This document shows positions 1 to 9,038 of a stretch of 56,500 nt of DNA, in pieces. Both the position numbers and the translations under genes were made by a program. How positions within the stretch are numbered: position 1 is the stretch's first letter; every line of letters starts with the position of its first letter. This DNA is from Halobacteriovoraceae bacterium (GTDB lineage Bacteria; Bdellovibrionota; Bacteriovoracia; Bacteriovoracales; Bacteriovoracaceae): contig JBEIOQ010000001.1 of NCBI GenBank assembly GCA_040377495.1, forward strand, positions 1-56,500, written 5' to 3'. The notes under the pieces were generated by a model that saw nothing but the letters and a program-made list of their open reading frames with translations, ran no database searches and had not been told where the DNA came from.

Positions 1-479
1 AGCACAAGGCTTCCACTTGTAATTAAAGATGAATATGAATTATACTTCGCGCTACTTGCGTTCATAGGCGAAGGAGTTGATAAGAGTTTTTCTTTTTTAT
101 AACTAAATTCTTTAGGGAAATTGGGATCTTGTTCATCTATTACACTTGGTGTTGGGGGAGTACTTGGATTTTTAGAAACTGCAGGTTTGTTAACTTGAGT
201 GCTAGTTATTTCAGTTTGTTGCTCAGTTGTAGTTCCCAAATTAAGTTCAGACAGCTTTCTTAAAACTGTGGCATTTTCTGTCGTGGTTTGATTTAGGTTT
301 TGGCGAAATATATTAGAAAGAGCATCGAAGTCTAAAACTTTCAGCCATTCTCCCGCAGGAAAAAGCTGACATTCTTCTGTCCCTTCAATGTGTCCCTTAG
401 CATATAGCTCAGTAATTTGATCCTTATTAAAAGGACCTACCACACGGCCATTGGCTAAACGAATCCTATACTTATCCAT
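1..479 (-). CDS. GYF_2-domain protein; only the 5' part is present because the gene runs off the left edge
   Basis: I hand-translated the minus strand from the ATG at 479-477: MDKYRIRLANGRVVGPFNKDQITELYAKGHIEGTEECQLFPAGEWLKVLDFDALSNIF... The frame stays open to position 1. The N-terminus resembles the bacterial GYF_2 signature, and the remainder is T/S/P/Q-rich low complexity. It is absent from the ORF track because it is truncated. It starts 15 nt downstream of nuoN (set 2). Confidence 0.55.
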   Translation of the reverse strand, partial: MDKYRIRLANGRVVGPFNKDQITELYAKGHIEGTEECQLFPAGEWLKVLDFDALSNIFRQNLNQTTTENATVLRKLSELNLGTTTEQQTEITSTQVNKPAVSKNPSTPPTPSVIDEQDPNFPKEFSYKKEKLLSTPSPMNASSAKYNSYSSLITSGSLV

Positions 480-494
480 AGGATTTATTTTAAC

Positions 495-1880
495 TTAAAA
501 ATTAATAAAGAGCGATGGTAAGACACCTCCCAGAATAACTACTACCCCCATAAATGTCAGAAGGAGTCTATTTTCAATAGAAATGGCCCCAGCTTGAACA
601 GGAACATAGTTTTCTGGTTTCTCTTCCATAAAAAGGGAGATCACAACTTTAATGTAATACCCGATTCCCACTATAGAACTTACCAACAGAGCTAAAGCAG
701 GACCAATCAGTCCTTCTTTAAAGTAGTTAGTGAAAAGAAGATACTTAGTAGCAAACCCTGAAGTGAGAGGAATTCCGGCCAAACTCAGCACACAAATACA
801 CAAAAGTGTCCCCATCAGATGGTTTTTATAGAAACCACCTTTCAGTCCATCATAAGTATCTTTGTTTTTATCAATATCTAGGAAGAAATTGATACAAAGT
901 ATAACTGCGGTCGCAGAAATAGAATAAAACATGAGATAAAAGATCAGTTGTTTTTCATAGCCTTGATTAATGTTAAGACCGATCGTCATCAACATATAAC
1001 CAGAGTGGGCGACAGAAGAGTAAGCAATCATACGCTTAAACTGATTTTGGGCCAGGCCCAAAATATTGCCATAAAAAGCTGAAATAATCGAAACCCCAAT
1101 AATGATGGAAACCATCATGTTTTGCACATGCGGTTCACATTCTGAAATCAAATTCTGTACTAAGGTGATCATAATAAAGCCAATCACAAATTTCGAAATA
1201 AGAAAATTGGAAGCCAAAACACCTTTGTGAACATTGGAATACACATCTGGGACCCAAGAATGAAATGGAAATGATCCAATTTTAAATAGAACGACAATTA
1301 AGAATAGTCCAATCGAGAAAGAGTAAAGCTGTTGATTCAAAATAGTGAAACCTTTGAATTCAAAGCCACCAGTTGCCCCGTAAAAGAAAGCAAGGGCCAA
1401 TAAGAAGATCACACTATTAATGGAACCTTGAATAAAATATTTTACAGCTGCTTCTTTAGAAAATTCTAAACCTGAAAGACGAACAAGGGCGTAAGTCATC
1501 AAGCTCATTAATTCTAAACTTACGTAAAAAGTTATAAACTCAGTCGCACCGACTAAAAAAATCGCTCCTAAAAAAACAAAGCTCGTAATAAGTGAATTAC
1601 GGACATCCTTTAACTCTTGATAACCATTAATGACAGTAACAATAATGGCGAAGATAGTTGTAATTGAAAGAATTTTCGTTCCTAAACTATTTACTACAAA
1701 AAGATTAGTTAGACTCAGGTCCATTTGTTGGTTGATGGAATAAAGGAAGATGACATAATTCACAATGGTTAAACCATAACTTATATACTTTCCTTTTTTA
1801 GGCACGATCAAAGAAAGTGTGGATAAGCATAGAATGCCTATGAAAACTAAAATTGTGGGGAGAAAACTCATGTTATCCAT
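495..1880 (-). CDS. nuoN: Complex-I-type membrane subunit N (ND2 family), set 2
   Basis: 461-aa polytopic antiporter-like protein. It has the TM5 Glu (YVSLELMSL) and the FPFHSWVPDVY motif. It is the last gene of an L-M-N series. Confidence 0.88.
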   Translation of the reverse strand: MDNMSFLPTILVFIGILCLSTLSLIVPKKGKYISYGLTIVNYVIFLYSINQQMDLSLTNLFVVNSLGTKILSITTIFAIIVTVINGYQELKDVRNSLITSFVFLGAIFLVGATEFITFYVSLELMSLMTYALVRLSGLEFSKEAAVKYFIQGSINSVIFLLALAFFYGATGGFEFKGFTILNQQLYSFSIGLFLIVVLFKIGSFPFHSWVPDVYSNVHKGVLASNFLISKFVIGFIMITLVQNLISECEPHVQNMMVSIIIGVSIISAFYGNILGLAQNQFKRMIAYSSVAHSGYMLMTIGLNINQGYEKQLIFYLMFYSISATAVILCINFFLDIDKNKDTYDGLKGGFYKNHLMGTLLCICVLSLAGIPLTSGFATKYLLFTNYFKEGLIGPALALLVSSIVGIGYYIKVVISLFMEEKPENYVPVQAGAISIENRLLLTFMGVVVILGGVLPSLFINF

Positions 1881-1893
1881 GACTGTTCCTTCT

Positions 1894-3381
1894 TTATACT
1901 TTGGTGATTAGAGAAGGAATGATCCCACTATAAACATCCGACAAAATCTTGGGATAAACCCCAAAAAGCAAAATTAAAAAAGCAAGAATCAAAAATGAAA
2001 TCATTTCTGTTTTGCTAATATCTGTTAAAGTTTCATTTTTAGGATTCGTAATTGGTCCTAGCATAACTTTTTGAAATGTTGTTAAAAGGTAAACCGGCGC
2101 AAGGATAACCCCTAAAGCACAAACAAACCCCAACACTGGATGAACTTCATAAATTCCCCAGATAATCAAAAACTCGCCCACAAAACCATTGGTTAGTGGA
2201 ACGGCCATACTTCCAAGCAACATAATGAAGAAGGCAACAGCAAATACCGGCATAACCTTCGCAACTCCACCATATTCAGAAATCATTTTAGTGTGACGTC
2301 TAACATACAAACAATGAACAGCGATAAAAAGACCGCCTGTGGTTATTCCGTGAGAAACCATTTGAAAAATAGCACCATTCACAGCCATTTCATTAAAAGA
2401 AAAAATTCCTGCGACAATATAACCCATATGGGAAATAGAAGAAAAAGCGACAACCTTTTTAACATCTTCCTGAGCAATGGCAGTTAAGGCACCGTAGACT
2501 ACACCAATGGCCCCTAAAGTAATGATCACTTCTTTGTAAGCAAACACCGCCTGTGGGTAAACTGGAATAACAAATCGAAGTAAACCGTAGATACCAAGTT
2601 TAAGCAACACACCTGCTAGAATAATAGAACCTGCTGTAGGAGCTTGCACATGGGCATCCGGCAGCCAAGAGTGAAATGGAAACACGGGTACTTTTATAAA
2701 AAGTGCCAAACAAAAGGCGCAGAAAATTAATGACTGGGGTGAGAAAAATCCTGCAAAAGGTAAATTTAGGCTTTTAATAATGACCGGTGTTAAATCATAG
2801 GAGCCATTCATCACATAACTGAGTGAACTCATATACATCATCGCTCCCAACATAATAATAGAGCCAGCAGCAGTATAAATGAAGAATTTGTAGCTTGCAT
2901 ATTTTCTTTCATCACCGCCAAAAACACCAACTAAGATGAAGAGTGGGATCAACATCGCTTCCCAGAAAATATAGAAAGCATAAAGATTTTCCGTCAACAA
3001 TGATCCATTAACTGCCCATGAAAGAGAAAAAATGGAAAAATAATAAAGCTTAAACTTGGTTGTTTCAACATTCAGTGTAGAAATCACGACAATTAAAAGT
3101 AAAAGCGCATTAAGAGTAATTAACACACCAGAAAGACCATCAATCCCAATGGCATAAGTTAACCCAAAAAAGTTATCAATTTTAAAAGTAATCAGATTAG
3201 TAAGCGTGCTAAGACCATGTTGACTAGCAACAGAGTTCACTAAATTAAATGTTAGTAACAAATAAATAATGGAAGCAACAAGGGCCAGAATTTGAGACTT
3301 TTTCTTATTAAGTGGAGAAATATAAAAACTTATAGCCGCCAACAAGGGAAAGAAAAACTGAAATAAAACTAAATTTTCCAT
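1894..3381 (-). CDS. nuoM: Complex-I-type membrane subunit M (ND4 family), set 2
   Basis: 495 aa. Motifs: YIFWEAMLIPLFILVGVFGG and FPFHSWLPDAHVQAPTAGS. It lies between the nuoL and nuoN homologues. Confidence 0.9.
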   Translation of the reverse strand: MENLVLFQFFFPLLAAISFYISPLNKKKSQILALVASIIYLLLTFNLVNSVASQHGLSTLTNLITFKIDNFFGLTYAIGIDGLSGVLITLNALLLLIVVISTLNVETTKFKLYYFSIFSLSWAVNGSLLTENLYAFYIFWEAMLIPLFILVGVFGGDERKYASYKFFIYTAAGSIIMLGAMMYMSSLSYVMNGSYDLTPVIIKSLNLPFAGFFSPQSLIFCAFCLALFIKVPVFPFHSWLPDAHVQAPTAGSIILAGVLLKLGIYGLLRFVIPVYPQAVFAYKEVIITLGAIGVVYGALTAIAQEDVKKVVAFSSISHMGYIVAGIFSFNEMAVNGAIFQMVSHGITTGGLFIAVHCLYVRRHTKMISEYGGVAKVMPVFAVAFFIMLLGSMAVPLTNGFVGEFLIIWGIYEVHPVLGFVCALGVILAPVYLLTTFQKVMLGPITNPKNETLTDISKTEMISFLILAFLILLFGVYPKILSDVYSGIIPSLITKV

Positions 3382-3387
3382 ACCAAC

Positions 3388-5313
3388 CTATTTAACCATT
3401 AGGGCTGAAAACAAAATTGTTACAATAATTGTTAAGCCCATAATCATAAAGAAAATATTACTTTGAAGCTCAACGCCTCTTACCGACTTCAAGAAAACGG
3501 AACTTTGAAAACTTAGAATACCTATTGTACGAACAGCTCCGTCGATGACATATTTTTCAACGATATTTACTAGAAACCCGGCAAAGTTTTTAATAGGCTT
3601 AATGATTATGGCAAAATAGACTTCATCCACAAAAAATTTGTTATTACTTAAATTCCAAACCTTACGTAGGTTGAATTTAAATTTATCTGCCAACTTGGAT
3701 TCTTCATTTTTTACATACATAAAGTAAGCTAAAAACATTGAGATAAAAGTTAATCCTATAGTTAAACCCATCAATAAATGTTCCGTGTGCTCATCATAAA
3801 CAATAGGCTTTGGTCCACTCACGGCCTTTTCTACAAATAATTGAAAGGCGCGAGCATTTTCATGAGACATAAAATGAGGCATCCCTAGATAACCCACACC
3901 AATGCTACAAATAGATAAAATAGCCAAAGGAATTATCATAATCGGTGGCGCATCATGAATAGGATGATGAGGATCATGGTGTGTTTTATCTTTGCTTAAA
4001 AAAGTCAGACAAACCAAGCGAGTCATATAAAAGGCAGTAAGTGTTGCTGCCGTTAAAAGAATGGCAAAGATATATTGTCCAGTTCCAGCTTTATTAAAGG
4101 CCATCCACATAATTTCATCTTTACTAAAGAAACCTGAAAATAATGGAACCCCAGCGATACTCAATAGGGCAACGACAAAACACCAATAAGTTTTTGGCAT
4201 TTTCTTTTTTAGTCCACCCATTTTAAACATGTCTTGTTCGTGATGCAGGCAGTGAATAACTGCTCCCGCCCCCAAGAACAACAGTGCTTTAAAAAATGCA
4301 TGAGTGAAAACGTGGAACATCCCTGAAGAGAAAGCTCCTACACCACAAGCAGCTATCATAAAACCAATTTGTGAAACAGTAGAATAGGCCAAAACTTTTT
4401 TAATATCCGATTGAGTAACAGCAACAATCGCTGCCATCAGTGCTGTCACAGAACCAATCCATGCAATCACTTCCAGCACCACAGAAAGATGGGTAATAAC
4501 AAAAGAAATACGACAAAGCATAAACACACCTGCAGTCACCATCGTTGCAGCGTGAATCAGTGCCGAAACCGGTGTTGGGCCACTCATTGCGTCCGGCAAC
4601 CAGATATAAAGAGGGATTTGAGCAGATTTACCTGTTGCACCTAAAACTAGAAATAAGCTAGAAAGTGTTAGCATTTCTTTATTCGCCAACACCGTTTCCA
4701 TAGAAACAGCTTTTAAATCCACAAATGAAATTGAATGAAACACCATCGCGTAACCTACAATTCCTAAGACAACCCCAAGGTCACCTACTCGGTTAGCAAC
4801 AAAAGCTTTTCTTCCGGCCTTCGCCTTATCAAGATCTGTATACCAGAAACCAATAAGAAGATATGAACAAAGCCCTACTCCTTCCCAACCAAAGAAAAGA
4901 ACCAATAAGTTTTCTGAAAGAGTAAGAAGTAGCATGGAGAAAATAAATAATGAAAGATACGAGAAAAATTTTCCAGGTCTTTCATCGTGATCCATATAAC
5001 CAATAGCGAAAAGGGTAATTAAACTTCCAATTCCAGTCACCATAATAGAAAGGATGATAGAAAGGTTGTCCATTAAGAATTTTACTTCAAAAGTAAAATT
5101 AGAAAACTGCATCCACTGCCATAGACTTGCCGTGACTGGAGTTTCTTTAACGTATGGATAAAGAAGACAAACAAAAATAAAAGAAATGAATGTTCCTAGA
5201 AATGAAATAAATCCCGCTAACGAATTTTTTGCATTCGACTTCAAAATCAAGCCATTTGTTAAAAAGGCAAGAAGTGGAAACAGGGGGATAATTTTTAAAT
5301 ATAATTCACTCAT
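3388..5313 (-). CDS. nuoL: Complex-I-type membrane subunit L (ND5 family), set 2
   Basis: 641 aa. Motifs: FFGWEGVGLCSYLLIGFW and SAQIPLYIWLPDAMSGPTPVSALIHAATMV. The C-terminal lateral-helix segment is FFVDEVY...VIDG, followed by a final TM helix. Confidence 0.92.
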   Translation of the reverse strand: MSELYLKIIPLFPLLAFLTNGLILKSNAKNSLAGFISFLGTFISFIFVCLLYPYVKETPVTASLWQWMQFSNFTFEVKFLMDNLSIILSIMVTGIGSLITLFAIGYMDHDERPGKFFSYLSLFIFSMLLLTLSENLLVLFFGWEGVGLCSYLLIGFWYTDLDKAKAGRKAFVANRVGDLGVVLGIVGYAMVFHSISFVDLKAVSMETVLANKEMLTLSSLFLVLGATGKSAQIPLYIWLPDAMSGPTPVSALIHAATMVTAGVFMLCRISFVITHLSVVLEVIAWIGSVTALMAAIVAVTQSDIKKVLAYSTVSQIGFMIAACGVGAFSSGMFHVFTHAFFKALLFLGAGAVIHCLHHEQDMFKMGGLKKKMPKTYWCFVVALLSIAGVPLFSGFFSKDEIMWMAFNKAGTGQYIFAILLTAATLTAFYMTRLVCLTFLSKDKTHHDPHHPIHDAPPIMIIPLAILSICSIGVGYLGMPHFMSHENARAFQLFVEKAVSGPKPIVYDEHTEHLLMGLTIGLTFISMFLAYFMYVKNEESKLADKFKFNLRKVWNLSNNKFFVDEVYFAIIIKPIKNFAGFLVNIVEKYVIDGAVRTIGILSFQSSVFLKSVRGVELQSNIFFMIMGLTIIVTILFSALMVK

Positions 5314-5319
5314 GTTGGC

Positions 5320-5613
5320 CTACTCTGATTGAATGCTAACTTCGTCGGATTCTGTGGTGTTAATCTTCTTAAATAAGCTCACAATAATAGATATCCCGAT
5401 CGCTGCTTCAGCCGCAGCAACCGTAATAATAAAAAATACCTGGATTTGAGAATCAATATTTCCCGTTGTTTTAGAAAACAACACAAAGAATAAATTTACA
5501 GCAGAAAGCATTAACTCGATACAAAGCAGGATTGATATAAGATTTTTTTTAGTTAAAGCCCCAACTAATCCAAGACAAAATAAAAAAGCAGCTAAATAGT
5601 AATAAATAATCAT
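5320..5613 (-). CDS. nuoK: Complex-I-type membrane subunit K (ND4L family), set 2
   Basis: 97 aa with 3 TM helices. Both conserved Glu residues are present (LLCIELML and AAAEAAIG). It overlaps nuoJ by 4 nt. Confidence 0.9.
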   Translation of the reverse strand: MIIYYYLAAFLFCLGLVGALTKKNLISILLCIELMLSAVNLFFVLFSKTTGNIDSQIQVFFIITVAAAEAAIGISIIVSLFKKINTTESDEVSIQSE

Positions 5614-6122
5614 GCTTGGTCTCCGTCTTCATTGTTACCTAAAGACTTCTTTAACATACTAACAACAGTAACGACTGAAGCCAGTAGCAACATGGTCGCT
5701 AACTCAAACGGAACAAGATACTTTTCAAATAATTCTTTAAACAAATCCATCATATTGGTTTGCGGTAACTGATCTTTAGAAAGATAGTCAAAATTATTGG
5801 TGATAATGATTGAGAATACACCTAATAAAACCATGGCTGAAACTATACCCACAATCGGCTTCACGTTATTACGGGATAAATGTTTTTTATAATCGTCTAT
5901 ATTTAAAAGCATAAGAACGAAAATAAAAAGAATCGCAATAGCTCCGGCATAAACCAGAACTTGAATAGCTGAAATAAAAGTTGAGCCCAACTGAAAGAAA
6001 ATTCCTGCCATTGCCACAAACATAGTTAACAGCGAAAATGCTGAGACCATAGGGTTGGAGGAAATTACTACCACCAAGGCAAAAATACTACAAATGACAG
6101 TTAAAAGTATGTCTATGGCCAT
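5610..6122 (-). CDS. nuoJ: Complex-I-type membrane subunit J (ND6 family), set 2
   Basis: 170 aa. It carries an ND6-like core (AIQVLVYAGAIAILFIFVLML) and lies between the nuoH and nuoK homologues. Confidence 0.85.
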   Translation of the reverse strand: MAIDILLTVICSIFALVVVISSNPMVSAFSLLTMFVAMAGIFFQLGSTFISAIQVLVYAGAIAILFIFVLMLLNIDDYKKHLSRNNVKPIVGIVSAMVLLGVFSIIITNNFDYLSKDQLPQTNMMDLFKELFEKYLVPFELATMLLLASVVTVVSMLKKSLGNNEDGDQA

Positions 6123-6128
6123 GGTGTC

Positions 6129-7169
6129 CTACTTTTGAAAATATATAAAAGCGACTGTGATTATTAAGTTAATTATTCCTAAAGGGAGTAAGCGCTTCCA
6201 TCCTAAATCCATAAGTTGATCATAGCGTAGACGAGGAAGTGACCAACGAACCCAAACAAACAACCAAATCATAAGGCCTACTTTAATAATTAATGAAGCT
6301 GTTTGAAGAATTGGAAGTGGAATCATATTTTCAAGAAGACTCATTCCCGGCAGAAGGTTATATCCACCAAAAAATAAAATTATGAAAACAGCTGATAATA
6401 CAATCATGTGAATATACTCAGCCATGAAAAATAATGCAAACTTCATAGAAGAGTATTCTACGTGATAACCTGCGACTAATTCTGATTCACCTTCAGCAAG
6501 GTCAAAGGGAAGGCGATTTGATTCAGCAAAAATACCTACTAGGAAAATAACTGTCGCAATCGGTTGGTAAAAGAATCCCCAACGTGGGAGAAAACCCAGA
6601 ATCGTTTCATTTTGATAGGCCACCATTTGATGTAAATCATTGGTTCCATAAAGAAAGAACATCGCCACCAATGTGATCGACATCGAAAGTTCGTAACTTA
6701 CCATCTGAGCTGAAGCACGAATTGCACCGAGCATAGAAAATTTATTATTGGAGGCCCAACCAGCAATTAAGATGGCATAGGAACCTAGAGAAGCCGCTGC
6801 AAATACATAAAAAATACCCATTGAGCTACGGAAGGATTCAGGAAATATTGTTTCTCCACCAATTATAAAGGGAGCACAAAGAGGAATACTAGCTAGTGGC
6901 ATTAATGCAACCATAACTGCAAATATAGGTGCCAATTTATAAAAGAACGGACGCACATGTGATGGCGCAACTTCTTCTTTAAACATAAACTTCACTACAT
7001 CTGCCAATGGCTGTAATAAACCAAAAGGTCCAACTCGGTTAGGCCCAACACGTTTTTGAATAAACGCTGCCCCTCTGCGTTCTACATGAATTATCAAAGG
7101 TAGAACACCTAAGGGAATGAGAATGATAATAATAACTTTAGCGAGAAGAATTAGAATTTCATTAATCAT
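6129..7169 (-). CDS. nuoH: Complex-I-type membrane subunit H (ND1 family), set 2
   Basis: 346 aa. Motifs: ERRGAAFIQKRVGPNRVGPFGLLQPLADVVKF and NRLPFDLAEGESELVAGYHVEYSS. Confidence 0.92.
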   Translation of the reverse strand: MINEILILLAKVIIIILIPLGVLPLIIHVERRGAAFIQKRVGPNRVGPFGLLQPLADVVKFMFKEEVAPSHVRPFFYKLAPIFAVMVALMPLASIPLCAPFIIGGETIFPESFRSSMGIFYVFAAASLGSYAILIAGWASNNKFSMLGAIRASAQMVSYELSMSITLVAMFFLYGTNDLHQMVAYQNETILGFLPRWGFFYQPIATVIFLVGIFAESNRLPFDLAEGESELVAGYHVEYSSMKFALFFMAEYIHMIVLSAVFIILFFGGYNLLPGMSLLENMIPLPILQTASLIIKVGLMIWLFVWVRWSLPRLRYDQLMDLGWKRLLPLGIINLIITVAFIYFQK

Positions 7170-7170
7170 T

Positions 7171-7530
7171 TTAGTCTTCCCAGTCTAAGCTTTTTGAGAA
7201 CAATACAAAAAGATAGCCCACAATAAAAATAAACATGAAAAAGACAAATTCAGCAATCATAAGTCCCTTCATAGATGATTCTTGATAAGTCAGGGCCCAT
7301 GGAAACAAGAACACGACTTCCACATCAAAAAGAAGAAACAAAACAGCCGTTAGATAAAATTTAACATCATATCTTCTAGTGGCGCTTCCTACAGGATTAA
7401 CTCCAGATTCATAGATATCATGCTCTCTAACCGTCTTTGGTTTTTTTCCTAATAAGACGGAAACGGTTAATAAACCAATTCCTAATAAAAACCCAATAAC
7501 GACAAATAATATGACCGGAAGAAGATTCAT
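7171..7530 (-). CDS. nuoA: Complex-I-type membrane subunit A (ND3 family), set 2
   Basis: 119 aa. Motif: YESGVNPVGSATRRYDVKFYLTAVLFLLFDVEVVFLFPWA. It starts 12 nt after the stop codon of set-1 nuoN. Confidence 0.9.
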   Translation of the reverse strand: MNLLPVILFVVIGFLLGIGLLTVSVLLGKKPKTVREHDIYESGVNPVGSATRRYDVKFYLTAVLFLLFDVEVVFLFPWALTYQESSMKGLMIAEFVFFMFIFIVGYLFVLFSKSLDWED

Positions 7531-7542
7531 TCTTTATCCCAA

Positions 7543-9009
7543 TTACTTAATAAAAAGTTTTGCTCCATGAGAAAGACTCATTAGGTCTTCCCAAAAAATA
7601 CCTAAGAAAATAACTGGAACAGTGAAACCAGCAATAATTAATTGATTTAAAAAACCAAATCCAGAAATCTTTTCTTCTGATTCAGCTGTATCAAAAATCA
7701 TCAACTTTACGATTCTCATATAATAATAAAGACCAATAACTGAGTTAAGACCAGCAATGAAGGCCAGACCGTAATATTTCTTAGAAATGGTTACACTTAA
7801 AATATTATATTTCGCAATGAAACCTGAGAATGGTGGAAGACCAGCCAATGAAAACATAACAACTGCCATCGCCAACGCCATCCAAGGATGTTTATAAATT
7901 AAGCCTTTGAAACTGGCTTGAGAATCGGAGCCCATATGATCAGAAATCATCGCTGTTACGTAGAAAGCAACGATGGTCATAAATAAATAAGTCGCTCCAT
8001 AGAAGAGTACGGCTGACGTACCGATATCACCTGCGACAGTTACCCCTAATAACATGAATCCAGCATGTCCAATAGAAGAGAAAGCGAGCATTCTTTTCAC
8101 CGAATCCTGACCAATTGCGGATACGTTACCTACTGTCATGGTCATCGCTGCGATAATATGGAGAAGCCCAATCCAGGTAGCTTGCAGCCCATCGTTTTGG
8201 CCAAAGAACACCATCGTGACACGAAGAATACAGGCGATCCCTGCCATCTTAGGAACAATCGCAAAAAATGAAGTTACTGGAATAGGAGAGCCTTGGTACA
8301 CATCTGGTGACCACATATGAAATGGGAAACAAGCAATTTTGTATCCAAGACCAACAAAGAAGAAAACAAACGAAATCATAAGAACAATTTTCTGACCAGC
8401 AGTGATGGCTGCCATCTGACCTGAAATCTCAGAAAACTGAATGGTTCCTAATGTTCCATAGATGTGACTCATCCCAAACAACATGATACCTGCTGAAATA
8501 CCACCATAAAGAGCATATTTCATACCAGCTTCGGTTGACTTCGCCTCATCTCGCTTAAAACTTGCTAGCACATATGAAAGAATTGAAAGAGTTTCTACTC
8601 CTAGATAAACCGTTAGCATATTGTTCGCAGACGCAAGTAACATTCCACCTAACAACACTCCAAAAGCAATGGCATAAAATTCAGTTTTAAGTTCCGTGTA
8701 AATATCTTCAGATTGATTGGCCAAAACAATGGCAGCAAATGTTCCAATCACCATAATTACTTTCATGAAAGTCGAAAAATGATCAATCACAACAGCATTA
8801 TAAAATAAATACATCGGTTTATCGTAACCACTCATTAATAAAGTGATTAGAGTAATGGCCAAACCAATACATGAGGTGATGAACGTCATGGAACGAGCTT
8901 TTTCCTCATGTTTATAAGCTGCTTCAATCAGCAACAAAAAACACATGGTCATGATCACCATAAGTTCTGGAACATAAAATCCAAGGTTCGCTAATAAATC
9001 TATACCCAC
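7543..9009 (-). CDS. nuoN: Complex-I-type membrane subunit N (ND2 family), set 1
   Basis: 488 aa. Motifs: VYLGVETLSILSYVL (TM5 Glu) and FPFHMWSPDVYQGSPIPVTSF. Confidence 0.88.
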   Translation of the reverse strand: MGIDLLANLGFYVPELMVIMTMCFLLLIEAAYKHEEKARSMTFITSCIGLAITLITLLMSGYDKPMYLFYNAVVIDHFSTFMKVIMVIGTFAAIVLANQSEDIYTELKTEFYAIAFGVLLGGMLLASANNMLTVYLGVETLSILSYVLASFKRDEAKSTEAGMKYALYGGISAGIMLFGMSHIYGTLGTIQFSEISGQMAAITAGQKIVLMISFVFFFVGLGYKIACFPFHMWSPDVYQGSPIPVTSFFAIVPKMAGIACILRVTMVFFGQNDGLQATWIGLLHIIAAMTMTVGNVSAIGQDSVKRMLAFSSIGHAGFMLLGVTVAGDIGTSAVLFYGATYLFMTIVAFYVTAMISDHMGSDSQASFKGLIYKHPWMALAMAVVMFSLAGLPPFSGFIAKYNILSVTISKKYYGLAFIAGLNSVIGLYYYMRIVKLMIFDTAESEEKISGFGFLNQLIIAGFTVPVIFLGIFWEDLMSLSHGAKLFIK

Positions 9010-9038
9010 GGTATTACCCTTCTATTTAAATCTAAAAA

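Noticed and set aside
671-679. Partial matches to the GGTCCTATAGAACCA family. CTATAGAAC occurs in nuoN (set 2), and GGTCCTATAACCA occurs at 18559-18571 in mfd, which is the motif minus 2 nt.
   Set aside because: Nine-mer matches are expected by chance in 113 kb of two-strand AT-rich sequence. The mfd case might be a degenerate copy, but this cannot be told apart from chance without genome-wide statistics.
2293-2487. Short ORFs in the track that lie antisense to, or out of frame within, strongly supported genes. Examples are 2293-2487, 4411-4644, 8065-8320, 9706-10252, 10750-10962, 11810-12010, 15510-15767, 17058-17402, 17746-17955, 19154-19387, 21964-22146, 22554-22742, 24615-24803, 24874-25146, 25733-25942, 29117-29338, 31021-31221, 33046-33267, 33967-34230, 36963-37380, 37654-37839, 40604-41196, 42891-43205, 44322-44528, 45375-45560, 46303-46491, 47523-47711, 50010-50198, 51157-51360, 52388-52588 and 53358-53578.
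   Set aside because: Each one is fully embedded in a long ORF with clear family motifs. Their translations are low-complexity or compositionally odd (Arg/Ser/Cys/His-rich), as expected for shadow frames, and none has a recognisable motif or Shine-Dalgarno sequence.
3944-3990. A His-rich loop in NuoL2 (THHDPHHPIHDAPP), considered as an unusual metal site.
   Set aside because: A His-rich H-x-H-E/D-x-P segment at this position, just before a late TM helix, is a normal feature of NuoL/Nqo12 family proteins. NuoL1 has the equivalent segment (EHCHEEH).
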